Assembly (NCBI GenBank): GCA_963804135.1
Contig: CAWDPH010000008.1
Coordinates: 87,741 to 151,740, forward strand
Direction: 5' to 3'
DNA length: 64,000 nt
Origin: an uncultured Acidobacteriaceae bacterium
GTDB lineage: Bacteria > Acidobacteriota > Terriglobia > Terriglobales > Acidobacteriaceae
Positions 1-7,905 of the stretch are shown piece by piece. Each line of letters begins with the position of its first letter. The first letter of the stretch is position 1. The notes below the pieces were generated by a model. It was not told where the DNA came from and made no database searches. It saw only the letters and a list, made by a program, of their open reading frames with translations. The position numbers and the translations under genes were made by a program.

Positions 1-1
1 G

Positions 2-760
2 CAAGGCGATTCCATCCTGCTGGTCACGCCCGCGGGCCGCGCGCTGCTCATTGATGCTGGAGGCATGGCGCAGTGGATGCATTCGGACTTCGATATCGGC
101 GAGCAGGTGGTCTCCTCTTATCTTTGGAATCGAGGCATCGATCGTCTGGACGTGGTCGTGATCACGCATCCTCATGCCGACCACCTCGGCGGGATGCCGG
201 CGGTGATCGCGAATTTCCACCCGCGGGAACTTTGGATCAGTATCGACAAGCCGGTGGGCGAACTGGCTCCGATCGTTGCGCAAGCCCAGAGCGCGGGAAT
301 GATAGTCTCCGTGGAGAAAGACGGCGATACATTCGATTACGGCGGAACGCACTTCCGCGTATTCGCTCCGGGGCGCGATCAAATTACCGGGTCGATGCGT
401 CCGAACGACGATTGCCTGGTGTTTACGGCCACTCTTGGCGGCACGACCGCTTTGCTCGAGGGAGACGCGGAACGTCCGGCAGAACGGCGGGTGGTGGAAG
501 AGCACCCGGAAGCGATGCTGCTCAAGGTCGCTCATCACGGAAGCGCGAGCGGAACTTCCGCCGATCTGCTCGCGACGGTGCATCCGCGCTTTGCGGTCAT
601 TTCTGTTGGCGCGCGAAATGTTTATGGACATCCGCGGCGCGAAGTGTTGGAGCGGCTACAGAAGGCCGGTGTGAAGACCTACCGCACCGACGCGGAGGGC
701 GCGGTCAGCTTTTACCTGGACGGCAAGTCGGTGACTCCGGACGTGGCGCTTCTGCACTAG
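2..760 (+). CDS. comEC: ComEC/Rec2-family competence protein, C-terminal metallo-beta-lactamase-fold domain (5' end outside window)
   Basis: Frame is open back to nt 2 (..GDSILLVTPAGRALLIDAGG..), so the Met at 65 is internal. HxHxDH zinc motif ITHPHADHLGG, later VAHHGS and YRTD..GAV are typical of the ComEC MBL domain. Confidence 0.75.
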   Translation, partial: QGDSILLVTPAGRALLIDAGGMAQWMHSDFDIGEQVVSSYLWNRGIDRLDVVVITHPHADHLGGMPAVIANFHPRELWISIDKPVGELAPIVAQAQSAGMIVSVEKDGDTFDYGGTHFRVFAPGRDQITGSMRPNDDCLVFTATLGGTTALLEGDAERPAERRVVEEHPEAMLLKVAHHGSASGTSADLLATVHPRFAVISVGARNVYGHPRREVLERLQKAGVKTYRTDAEGAVSFYLDGKSVTPDVALLH

Positions 761-783
761 AGTCGGTCTCATAAACGGTTGGC

Positions 784-951
784 CCTCAGGGGCTAAAGCC
801 CGCATTTCTTGCGGCCCTGAGCGGCACGGCTGAAGCCGTGCCCTTCCCACGGCCCGCTCGAATTAAGATTTCTCCGCTGCCAGCAGCGGCTAAAGCCGGA
901 ACCATTTTCAGCGACTTGCGGTATGCCTGAAGGCATACGCTGATACGAAGC
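784..951. repeat. Family-A palindromic intergenic repeat, two tandem modules (GGCTAAAGCC...GGCACGGCTGAAGCCGTGCCCTTCCC; second module ends CTGATACGAAGC)
   Basis: Hairpin cores at 825-840 (CACGGCTGAAGCCGTG) and 921-938 (GTATGCCTGAAGGCATAC). Near-identical modules recur at 6700-6863, 16799-16870 and 55886-55953. Confidence 0.75.
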
Positions 952-991
952 GTGAGTCCTCTCTACAGAAAGCGTCTATCTACAGAAGACG

Positions 992-1435
992 TCAGTGAGC
1001 GGGGTGGGCTTCCAGCCAGGATTGAAGAATCAAGACGGCGGCCATCCTGTCCACTGCTTGTCCACGCTTCTTGATCGAAAGATCGGTTTCGCGCAGCAGG
1101 CGGTTGGCTTGGGTTGAGGTCCAACGCTCGTCCCACAGATGGACGGTCAGGCCGAAGTGGGTGTGCAGATCGTCGGCGAAACGGCGCATCTTTTCCGATT
1201 GCGTTCCTTCCGCGCCGCTTAAGCGCAGGGGCAGGCCGACCACAATCTCCTGGACTTCGTATTTCGCCAGCACTTGTCCCAGGGCCTCCAGATCGCGGCG
1301 TTTGTTCTGACGCTGGATCGTATCCAACCCCTGCGCGGTGATGCCCAGCGGGTCGGAGACGGCGACCCCGATTCTCTTCGAGCCGACATCGAGGGCCAGA
1401 ATACGGCTGTTGCCGGGTACGCCAGGTGCGTGCAT
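992..1435 (-). CDS. ruvX: Holliday junction resolvase RuvX (YqgF family)
   Basis: 147 aa. ILALDVGSKRIGVAVSD N-terminal motif, VVGLPLRLSG, DERWTS; size and motifs fit YqgF/RuvX. Confidence 0.9.
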   Translation of the reverse strand: MHAPGVPGNSRILALDVGSKRIGVAVSDPLGITAQGLDTIQRQNKRRDLEALGQVLAKYEVQEIVVGLPLRLSGAEGTQSEKMRRFADDLHTHFGLTVHLWDERWTSTQANRLLRETDLSIKKRGQAVDRMAAVLILQSWLEAHPAH

Positions 1436-1483
1436 CCGTTAATTGTAGATGGCCCGGTTCCCGAATCACGTAGGCCCGACCCA

Positions 1484-1570
1484 GGGTTCCTCCGTGGACC
1501 TCAGTGTCCCCTGTGGTTTCAGCCTTTTCCCAATCAACCACTGGGGACACTGAGGTCCACGGGGGAACCC
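1484..1570. repeat. Family-D inverted-repeat element (35-nt arms, 17-nt loop)
   Basis: GGGTTCCTCCGTGGACCTCAGTGTCCCCTGTGGTT (1484-1518) versus AACCACTGGGGACACTGAGGTCCACGGGGGAACCC (1536-1570): reverse complements with 2 mismatches. Lies in the divergent ruvX/permease intergenic region. Confidence 0.85.
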
Positions 1571-1693
1571 TCTAGATGCCGACTTTGCGGATACGGTCTA
1601 ACCGAGGTCTAACCGCAATTCCGGTGATGCAATTCCCGCGGCGCTGAGGCAAAATTGTGGGCCAGTCGGGAGAGGGGTGGGTAAGCGCAAAGT

Positions 1694-2737
1694 ATGGAGA
1701 TCTCTGAAACACCCCGCGGGCATCACTGGTCGCTGACGCTGCTGGGCATCGGCTTGATCGTTCTGTTCGCCTACTACGGCGAATCGGTGCTGGCGGTGCT
1801 GTTCTTTGCCATTCTGCTGAGTTTTATGCTCTCTCCGGTGGTGCAGGCGCTGGAGTATCTGCATGTTCCGCGAGCTCTCGGGGCGCTGATCGGCGTGGCC
1901 GCGCTGCTGGCGGCGGTTTATGGCATCACGGCGGCGTCTTACAATCAAGCCGCTGTTTTCGCGGACAACGTTCCGAAGTATTCGCAGAAAATCCGCTCCA
2001 TCCTGCAGCCCTTCCGGCAGCAGGCGGAGAACCTTGAAAAAACGGGCGAGGCGGTTGGGGAGCCCGAGCCCTCGAATGTGGTGCCGGTGCGGCAGGTGAA
2101 GAGCTGGACCGACGTGCTCACCCACGGAGCCGGCACTTTGACCGACATCCTGCTGTCAGCGTCGTTCATCCCGTTCCTGGCTTATTTTCTGCTGACCTGG
2201 CAGAGCCACGCGCGGTCGGCCACGGTAATGCTGTTTCCTTTGCGTCACCGGAACACGGTTTTCGTGACCTTGGGGCTGATCGGGAAGATGTTGCAGAGTT
2301 TCATTGTGGGGAACCTGCTGATCGGGCTGCTGATGTCGGGCGTGAGCGTGGCGATTTTCGGGTTGCTGCACGTCCCCTTCTTCTACTTCGTCGGCTTTCT
2401 CAGCGGCTTTCTGAGCCTGGTTCCGTACCTCGGAATCGTGCTGGCGATGGTGCCGCCGATCCTGGTCGGCCTGGGGCAACTGGATGCGGGAGACTTGGCG
2501 ATAGTGGTGCTTTGCGTGATCGGGCTGCATCTTTTCGCGCTGAATGTTCTCTATCCCAAGCTGCTGGGAAACCGCCTGAGACTCAATCCGCTGGCAGTCA
2601 CGATCGCGTTGCTGTTCTGGGGAGCGGTCTGGGGCGCCATCGGATTGGTGCTCGCCATTCCGATCACGGGCGCGATCAAGATTGTGTTCGACCACGTCGA
2701 GTCGATGAAGCCGTATGCGGATTGGCTGGGCGAGTAG
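1694..2737 (+). CDS. AI-2E family transporter (PerM/UPF0118 permease)
   Basis: 347 aa polytopic membrane protein. Overall layout and the C-terminal LAIPITGAIKIV segment are typical of the family. Confidence 0.85.
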   Translation: MEISETPRGHHWSLTLLGIGLIVLFAYYGESVLAVLFFAILLSFMLSPVVQALEYLHVPRALGALIGVAALLAAVYGITAASYNQAAVFADNVPKYSQKIRSILQPFRQQAENLEKTGEAVGEPEPSNVVPVRQVKSWTDVLTHGAGTLTDILLSASFIPFLAYFLLTWQSHARSATVMLFPLRHRNTVFVTLGLIGKMLQSFIVGNLLIGLLMSGVSVAIFGLLHVPFFYFVGFLSGFLSLVPYLGIVLAMVPPILVGLGQLDAGDLAIVVLCVIGLHLFALNVLYPKLLGNRLRLNPLAVTIALLFWGAVWGAIGLVLAIPITGAIKIVFDHVESMKPYADWLGE

Positions 2738-2744
2738 AGATCTT

Positions 2745-2775
2745 TTCACCGCGGAGACGCAGGGAGCGCCGAGAG
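2745..2775. repeat. Solitary family-D repeat arm (TTCACCGCGGAGACGCAGGGAGCGCCGAGAG)
   Basis: Same word structure as the arms at 35124, 40536, 42049 and 49936. I found no convincing partner arm. Confidence 0.6.
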
Positions 2776-3001
2776 CATCTCTTTGGAATCTCGAAACCTG
2801 TATCCCTTTTTCACGAGGAAACAACGACGGAGCGACTGACTCTAAATCGGTCTTTTGGGTTTCGCCGGGGTTTTCAACGGACTGTGGAAACTGCCTGTTG
2901 ATAACGCTGGTATTCGGTCCTTGACGATGGTGTGGATGGTAGATAAATATGTACACGTATCAAAAATCCCACAACTTTCGAGTCGAAGGAGTCCGCTCCA
3001 C

Positions 3002-3217
3002 ATGCCCAGCGTCTTCGTGGTACCGGTGTACGTCGAGGTGTCCAGTGGGTTCGAGCGTGCGATTGATACGTTAGAATTTTATCTGCGCCGAGCGGGGTAT
3101 GTGTTCCATACTGGCAAGCCCTTAGCGGAAGACTTGGAAGACATAAAGGCCAGGCTCAGCGACGGCACTCAAGAGGTTGATAGTGAGCACCCCGGAGGAA
3201 GAGCGTTTTCTGCTTGA
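3002..3217 (+). CDS. hypothetical 71-aa protein (first ORF of islet operon)
   Basis: ATG at 3002 preceded by AAGGAG (about 10 nt upstream). The longer track ORF from 2855 has no signal. No recognisable motif. Overlaps the next ORF by 35 nt. Confidence 0.35.
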   Translation: MPSVFVVPVYVEVSSGFERAIDTLEFYLRRAGYVFHTGKPLAEDLEDIKARLSDGTQEVDSEHPGGRAFSA

Positions 3218-3401
3218 ATGTTGGGCGCAGAATGTATGCTCACAATGTTCCAAGCAAATCCCAGAGGGCAAGCGTGTCGGCAGTGGCAAGAAGAGCGATG
3301 GCGGCTTTTGCTCCCTTGACTGCTATGGCGAATACCACAAGAAAAGGCTGGTAGAAAAACATAAGAATCTCAGGGACGAAGAGCAGCGTCGTAATAATTG
3401 A
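3183..3401 (+). CDS. small zinc-ribbon protein, CxxC...FCSxxC (FCS/TRASH-like)
   Basis: GTG at 3183 with AAGAGG 6 nt upstream (TTG at 3177 also possible). CSQC...GGFCSLDC cysteine pairs, basic C-terminal tail. Confidence 0.5.
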   Translation: MSTPEEERFLLECWAQNVCSQCSKQIPEGKRVGSGKKSDGGFCSLDCYGEYHKKRLVEKHKNLRDEEQRRNN

Positions 3402-3422
3402 ACGCGAAGGGCAGGACTCGAA

Positions 3423-4637
3423 TTGGACAACGTAGAACGATCATTGTTTCCAGAGATATACGACAAACGGGTTGGGAACGGGATTTTGCCATGGCAACAG
3501 ATCAGGCGGATGGTGGAGACCGGCCGGATAAGCGCGAGCCCAGAAGTGTCGGACTCTCAGCTCCAACCGGCGAGCCTGGATCTGCGCCTAGGCCGCGAGG
3601 CTTATCGCGTTGAAGCGAGTTTCCTCCGTGGCCGCTCGGCCACTCTTCTTACAAAGGTGCATGAGTTGCTCCACTCCACAATTGACCTCACCCAGCCAAC
3701 ACCGCCTTTGCTGGAACCCCGCGTCGTGTACATAATCCCGCTGCTCGAACGACTCAAGCTCCCAAACGATATTCAGGGCGTCGCCAACCCGAGGAGCACA
3801 ACTGGACGTCTTGACATATTTACGCGATTAATCACCGAGTTCGGTGATGAGTTTGACCACGTTGAGAAGGGGTACTCTGGCCAACTCTATGTAGAAGTTT
3901 CTTCCAGAACGTTTCCGATCCGTCTGAGGGCTGGGATGAAGCTCAACCAACTACGCTTTGTGCGTGGCACTTCAGCCAGGCTGGGTACCGGGAATCTGAG
4001 AGAGCTGGCGAAAGAGCAGCGCCTTGTCTACGATGCCGAAGGCAGCCCCGCGAAGAATCACGTCGGCGACGGCGTGGAGATCACGGTAGATCTAGAGGGC
4101 GACAACCGCTCAAGTATCGTCGCCTATAAAGCCAAAGGATCTGATCGGGAGATAGAACTGGACAAAATCGATTACTACGACCCAGCGGATTTCTGGGAGG
4201 CAATCCCAAGGCCCGGCAATGGCCGCATTGTTCTCGATGCTGGCGGTTTCTATCTATTAGCCTCGAAGAAGAGGGTGCGCATCCCTCTCGATCATGCGGC
4301 GGAAATGGTCGCGCATGACCCTAGCATGGGAGAATTTCGCGTTCACTACGCCGGATTCTTCGACCCCGGCTTTGGATATGGGGCCAATGGGGAAATTCCG
4401 GGAACGAAGGCGGTGCTGGAAGTCAGGGCATACGAGGTACCGATGCTGCTAGAGGACGAGGATCTAGTCGGCAGACTGCACTACTACCCGATGGCAGCTA
4501 TCCCGGATAGAGTATATGGCCTTTCAATAGGTTCTTCGTATCAGCAGCAATGGCTTGCTCTCAGCAAGCAATTCAAGCGCCCCGAGGCGCAGCGAGATCG
4601 CATGTCGGGCCCTGCTCCCAGCCTAGCCACAGCTTGA
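3423..4637 (+). CDS. 2'-deoxycytidine 5'-triphosphate deaminase, long two-domain form (Pfam DCD / PF06559-like)
   Basis: TTG start with GGCAGGA upstream. First half has [28 protein letters not shown] and GQLYVEVSSRTFPIRLRAGMKLNQLRF. Second half has EFRVHYAGFFDPGFGYG and AVLEVRAYEVP. These match my recollection of the long DCD family. Confidence 0.85.
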   Translation: MDNVERSLFPEIYDKRVGNGILPWQQIRRMVETGRISASPEVSDSQLQPASLDLRLGREAYRVEASFLRGRSATLLTKVHELLHSTIDLTQPTPPLLEPRVVYIIPLLERLKLPNDIQGVANPRSTTGRLDIFTRLITEFGDEFDHVEKGYSGQLYVEVSSRTFPIRLRAGMKLNQLRFVRGTSARLGTGNLRELAKEQRLVYDAEGSPAKNHVGDGVEITVDLEGDNRSSIVAYKAKGSDREIELDKIDYYDPADFWEAIPRPGNGRIVLDAGGFYLLASKKRVRIPLDHAAEMVAHDPSMGEFRVHYAGFFDPGFGYGANGEIPGTKAVLEVRAYEVPMLLEDEDLVGRLHYYPMAAIPDRVYGLSIGSSYQQQWLALSKQFKRPEAQRDRMSGPAPSLATA

Positions 4638-4775
4638 CCCTGTCGGCCTTGCGGCGCTATCCCAAGTGGTTTGCGGCTGTCCGTGTGCACTTCCGCTGCC
4701 GGTTGAAGCAGATGCTCCTCCCACGATCGAGAGCAACTGTCGCTCTTCAGACTCAAGCATCAGTTTGTCAGACCC

Positions 4776-5411
4776 TCAGCGGGCAAGGAGGCGCGTCAGC
4801 AGTGCGCCTATTATGGAGCCTAGCAGGGCCGACAAAAAAGCCAGGAGGCCGGGCCTAGCGTTTATTCGGTCCAATAGCCGCCAGAACCGCCCGACGCCGG
4901 CGGGGCCCTCAATTTTCTTGCCGGGGCCTGTGTAGGGGATAACCCCCAGGCCAACTTTATGCACGACAAGGGCGCAGAACTTTTGCCCCTGCTTCAGGGT
5001 CTTCTCCTTCATGCCTAAATTAAACAACGTGACCACGAGATGATCGTGATATCCAGGGTCAATCTTCGAGAGCGTGTTAGAAACGCCGTCTTGTAAAAGC
5101 CCCACCTTGGGCACAATGTACCCGAGCATCGACTGAGGCAGCCAGACCTGCTCCTCGGTTTCGATCAAGATTGCGCCACCAGGCAGCAGAGTAATCTCTC
5201 CCCCTTCGCGCAGAGTCCACCGTTCCGAATCCCGGTGGTCTTTGTACGCCCGACCTATTCGCAGGTCATAGGTCGCGTTAGGCTGCTCTCCTTGTAGTTG
5301 GCTCTTGTCCAGGTTGAGGATCAGCATGGCGCTGCCCTTAGGGTCGAACTGATCTTCTCTGGCTACAACGGTAGGATTGGTTCCGTCCGTCACGAAGGGA
5401 ATCACCGACAT
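4776..5411 (-). CDS. Dcd/dUTPase-fold protein with C-terminal transmembrane anchor
   Basis: ATYDLRIG, LLPGGAILIETEEQVWLP and KIDPGYHDHLVVTLFNLG match Dcd/dUTPase barrel motifs. The protein ends in the hydrophobic helix LLAFLSALLGSIIGALLTRLL. ATG at 5411 has GAGG 7 nt upstream; ATG at 5417 is the alternative. Confidence 0.7.
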   Translation of the reverse strand: MSVIPFVTDGTNPTVVAREDQFDPKGSAMLILNLDKSQLQGEQPNATYDLRIGRAYKDHRDSERWTLREGGEITLLPGGAILIETEEQVWLPQSMLGYIVPKVGLLQDGVSNTLSKIDPGYHDHLVVTLFNLGMKEKTLKQGQKFCALVVHKVGLGVIPYTGPGKKIEGPAGVGRFWRLLDRINARPGLLAFLSALLGSIIGALLTRLLAR

Positions 5412-5460
5412 TGGCATACCTCATGCGCTAACTGCTAAGAACAGAGAAGTTTCGCGTCTC

Positions 5461-5488
5461 ATTATATTCGGGGACCGCCAATAAACAA
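5461..5488 (-). promoter_or_regulatory. candidate sigma70-type promoter of the 4776-5411 gene (TTGTTT-16 nt-TATAAT on minus strand)
   Basis: Reverse complement of 5461-5466 is TATAAT and of 5483-5488 is TTGTTT, about 45 nt upstream of the start codon. Confidence 0.4.
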
Positions 5489-5521
5489 GGGGAGTTTTAC
5501 ACGGTTCCCTCCGGGCGTTCC

Positions 5522-6589
5522 GTGCGCAGAGCCCTTAAGCGTTACTCTCGGAAGCTTCCCCTCCGCCCGGGTCTGTTGCATTCTTTGGAGAGCCTCTACA
5601 CTGGAATCTTGCGCACCCTGATCAAACTGTTCTTGGTTGTCGTTCTCGCCGTCGTCGGCTGGGCGGCTTGGCAGGTCTATGCGCCGGTCACGCCTCCAGC
5701 CAATACTTCTCTGCTGCTGCATTCCGGGTATTCGACGCGGCGCATCGCGGCCGAGTTGAAGAAGGCGGGCGTGATTCGCAGCGAACTGGCGTTCCGGCTC
5801 TGGCACGCGTGGCATCGCAAGCCATCGTTGAAGGCGGGCGAGTATCTTTTCGAGCGCGCGGCTACTCTTCCACAAGTTCACGAGCGGATCGGGCGGGGCG
5901 ATATCTACTTCCACACCGTCACCATTCCCGAGGGCTATACGGTGTTCGATATTGCCAAGGCGATGGAGGACGCGGGGCTTGGATCGGCGGCGGATTTTGT
6001 GCAGGTTGCCGAAACTCAGACCCAGTTGATTTCGGATTTGGCGCCGGACGCCAAGTCGCTGGAGGGGTATCTCTTCCCCAACACCTACGAGTTCACGCGG
6101 ACCGAGACTCTGGAAGAAATGGCGGCGACGATGGTCCATCAGTTCCGGCAGGTGGCGCAGCAGATTGGGCTGAACTCGGACGTCCCGCGGATCGTGACCA
6201 TGGCTTCAATCGTTGAAAAAGAGACTGCGGCTCCGGAGGAACGGCCCCGCGTGGCCAGCGTGTACTACAACCGGTTGGCGCAAAGGATGGCGCTCGACGC
6301 CGATCCGAGCGTGATCTACGCCGAGCAACTGACGGGCACGTATTCGGGAAGCCTGCATCACGCCGACTTGTCCGTGAAATCGCCCTACAACACCTATCGT
6401 TTCCCAGGGCTGCCACCCGGACCTATCGCGAATCCAGGAAGAGGCGCTCTCGAAGCGGCGCTGCATCCCGACAGCACAAAGTTTCTTTATTTTGTTAGCG
6501 ATGGCAACGGGCGCCACCGCTTCGCCTGCAGCCTGGAAGAGCACAATCGGAACGTGGTCGCCTATCGGCGCGCACTTGGGCTGCGGTAA
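5522..6589 (+). CDS. mltG: endolytic murein transglycosylase MltG (YceG-like)
   Basis: 355 aa with an N-terminal TM helix. GEY, TIPEG, LEGYLFPNTYEF, ASIVEKE, YNTYRFPGLPPGPIANPG motifs. Confidence 0.9.
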   Translation: MRRALKRYSRKLPLRPGLLHSLESLYTGILRTLIKLFLVVVLAVVGWAAWQVYAPVTPPANTSLLLHSGYSTRRIAAELKKAGVIRSELAFRLWHAWHRKPSLKAGEYLFERAATLPQVHERIGRGDIYFHTVTIPEGYTVFDIAKAMEDAGLGSAADFVQVAETQTQLISDLAPDAKSLEGYLFPNTYEFTRTETLEEMAATMVHQFRQVAQQIGLNSDVPRIVTMASIVEKETAAPEERPRVASVYYNRLAQRMALDADPSVIYAEQLTGTYSGSLHHADLSVKSPYNTYRFPGLPPGPIANPGRGALEAALHPDSTKFLYFVSDGNGRHRFACSLEEHNRNVVAYRRALGLR

Positions 6590-6699
6590 ACAGCTAGTCA
6601 GCGGTACGACTGAAGCGGGCCACGGAACGAGTCGGATGTTCCGACGCCCAGCCCCTAACACGCTGCGGAAAAACCCACCGAGCGCGCAAGAAGCTCACC

Positions 6700-6863
6700 T
6701 CCGGCGCTGAAGCGCGACACATTTTTAAGGACTTAACGGCACGAGTAAACTCGTGCCCTTCCCAAAACCTGCTTGAAATGGAGTTTTTCCGCAGCCTGCT
6801 TAAAGGGGCGTCTGATTTTGAAGACCTTAGCGGGATCGCCAAAGCGATACCCTGATACGAAGC
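6700..6863. repeat. Family-A repeat cluster
   Basis: ACGGCACGAGTAAACTCGTGCCCTTCCC (6735-6763) and CGGGATCGCCAAAGCGATACCCTGATACGAAGC (6831-6863) parallel the two modules at 784-951. Confidence 0.65.
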
Positions 6864-6954
6864 CAGAGTGTTTCCTGCTGAGCGCTGAACCGTTTGCTGC
6901 CTTATACTAATCAGATACCCAAGTAGCGAAAGGTTCTCAGGTACTGGCATAGGA

Positions 6955-7890
6955 ATGTATCGTCCTCATCTGCGCTTGCTTTGTCTATTATTTCTGACGG
7001 CGGCTACTTTCCCGCTGAGCGGGTGTCTGTTCCGGACGCGTACTCTGGACCGTCAGTTCTCCAACCAGCCGCTGAAGACGGCGACCCAGCAGGATCTGAT
7101 CGAATACGTCAACACGCAGGCTGCCAAGATTCAGTCGATGCAGGCGACTGTGGATATTGACGCTTCGGTTGGGGACACGAAGAACGGCCGCATCACCGAT
7201 TACAAAGAGATTCGGGGTTACGTGCTGGCGCGCAAGCCCGCCATGCTCCGCATGAAGGGCCTGCTGCCGCTGGTGCGAAACACGGCTTTCGATATGGTGA
7301 GCGACGGGCAGGAATTCAAGCTCTGGATTCCTCCGAAGAACAAGTTCTTCGTGGGCCAGGACGATGGCGACAACTACCAGCCCGACAAGCGGCTGGAGAA
7401 CATGCGGCCCCAGTACATTTACGAAGCGCTGCTGATACCGGAAATCGGGCGGGACGAGATTGCGGTAATGGAAAACGGCTATGAAACCGTGTTGGACGCG
7501 AAGAAGCATCGGGTCGAGCAGCCGAATTACGCTCTGGCCGTCATCCGCAAGGGGCCCCAGGGTTGGTATTTGTGGCGCAAGATCGAGTTCAGCCGAACTG
7601 ACCTGCTGCCGCGCCGGCAAAGGATCTACGACCAGCAGGGAAACGTCGCGACCGACGCTCACTACCACGACTACAAAGACTACGCGGGGATTGCATTCCC
7701 AAGTACGATTGAGATCGAGCGGCCGCGGGAGGATTACGACATCATCCTCAGCATGGTCAAGCTGGAAATCAATCGCGCGCTGACCGACGATCAGTTCGCG
7801 CTGGAGCAGCCGCCGGGAGCCGAGGTGGTGCACCTCGATTCCTCCAACACCAGGGCGGCGGCGAAAGGGTCGGAAAGCCACCGGAGGTAG
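6955..7890 (+). CDS. lipoprotein, putative LolA-like / outer-membrane lipoprotein-sorting fold
   Basis: Signal peptide with lipobox FPLSGC. Function inferred only from size and adjacency to an FtsX-type permease. Confidence 0.45.
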   Translation: MYRPHLRLLCLLFLTAATFPLSGCLFRTRTLDRQFSNQPLKTATQQDLIEYVNTQAAKIQSMQATVDIDASVGDTKNGRITDYKEIRGYVLARKPAMLRMKGLLPLVRNTAFDMVSDGQEFKLWIPPKNKFFVGQDDGDNYQPDKRLENMRPQYIYEALLIPEIGRDEIAVMENGYETVLDAKKHRVEQPNYALAVIRKGPQGWYLWRKIEFSRTDLLPRRQRIYDQQGNVATDAHYHDYKDYAGIAFPSTIEIERPREDYDIILSMVKLEINRALTDDQFALEQPPGAEVVHLDSSNTRAAAKGSESHRR

Positions 7891-7905
7891 TTCTCCAGAA
7901 AAAGC

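Noticed and set aside
2855-3001. Upstream part of the 120-aa ORF at the start of the islet
   Set aside because: There is no RBS at 2855 and the region contains promoter-like AT-rich sequence. An internal ATG at 3002 has an AAGGAG, so only 3002-3217 is retained, at low confidence.
5418-5521. Search for a family-D arm at the right edge of the islet to pair with the solitary arm at 2745-2775
   Set aside because: The sequence CCCTCCGGGCGTTCCGTGCGCAGAG near 5500-5530 resembles the word structure only loosely and has the wrong orientation. It does not support calling the islet an IR-bounded element.
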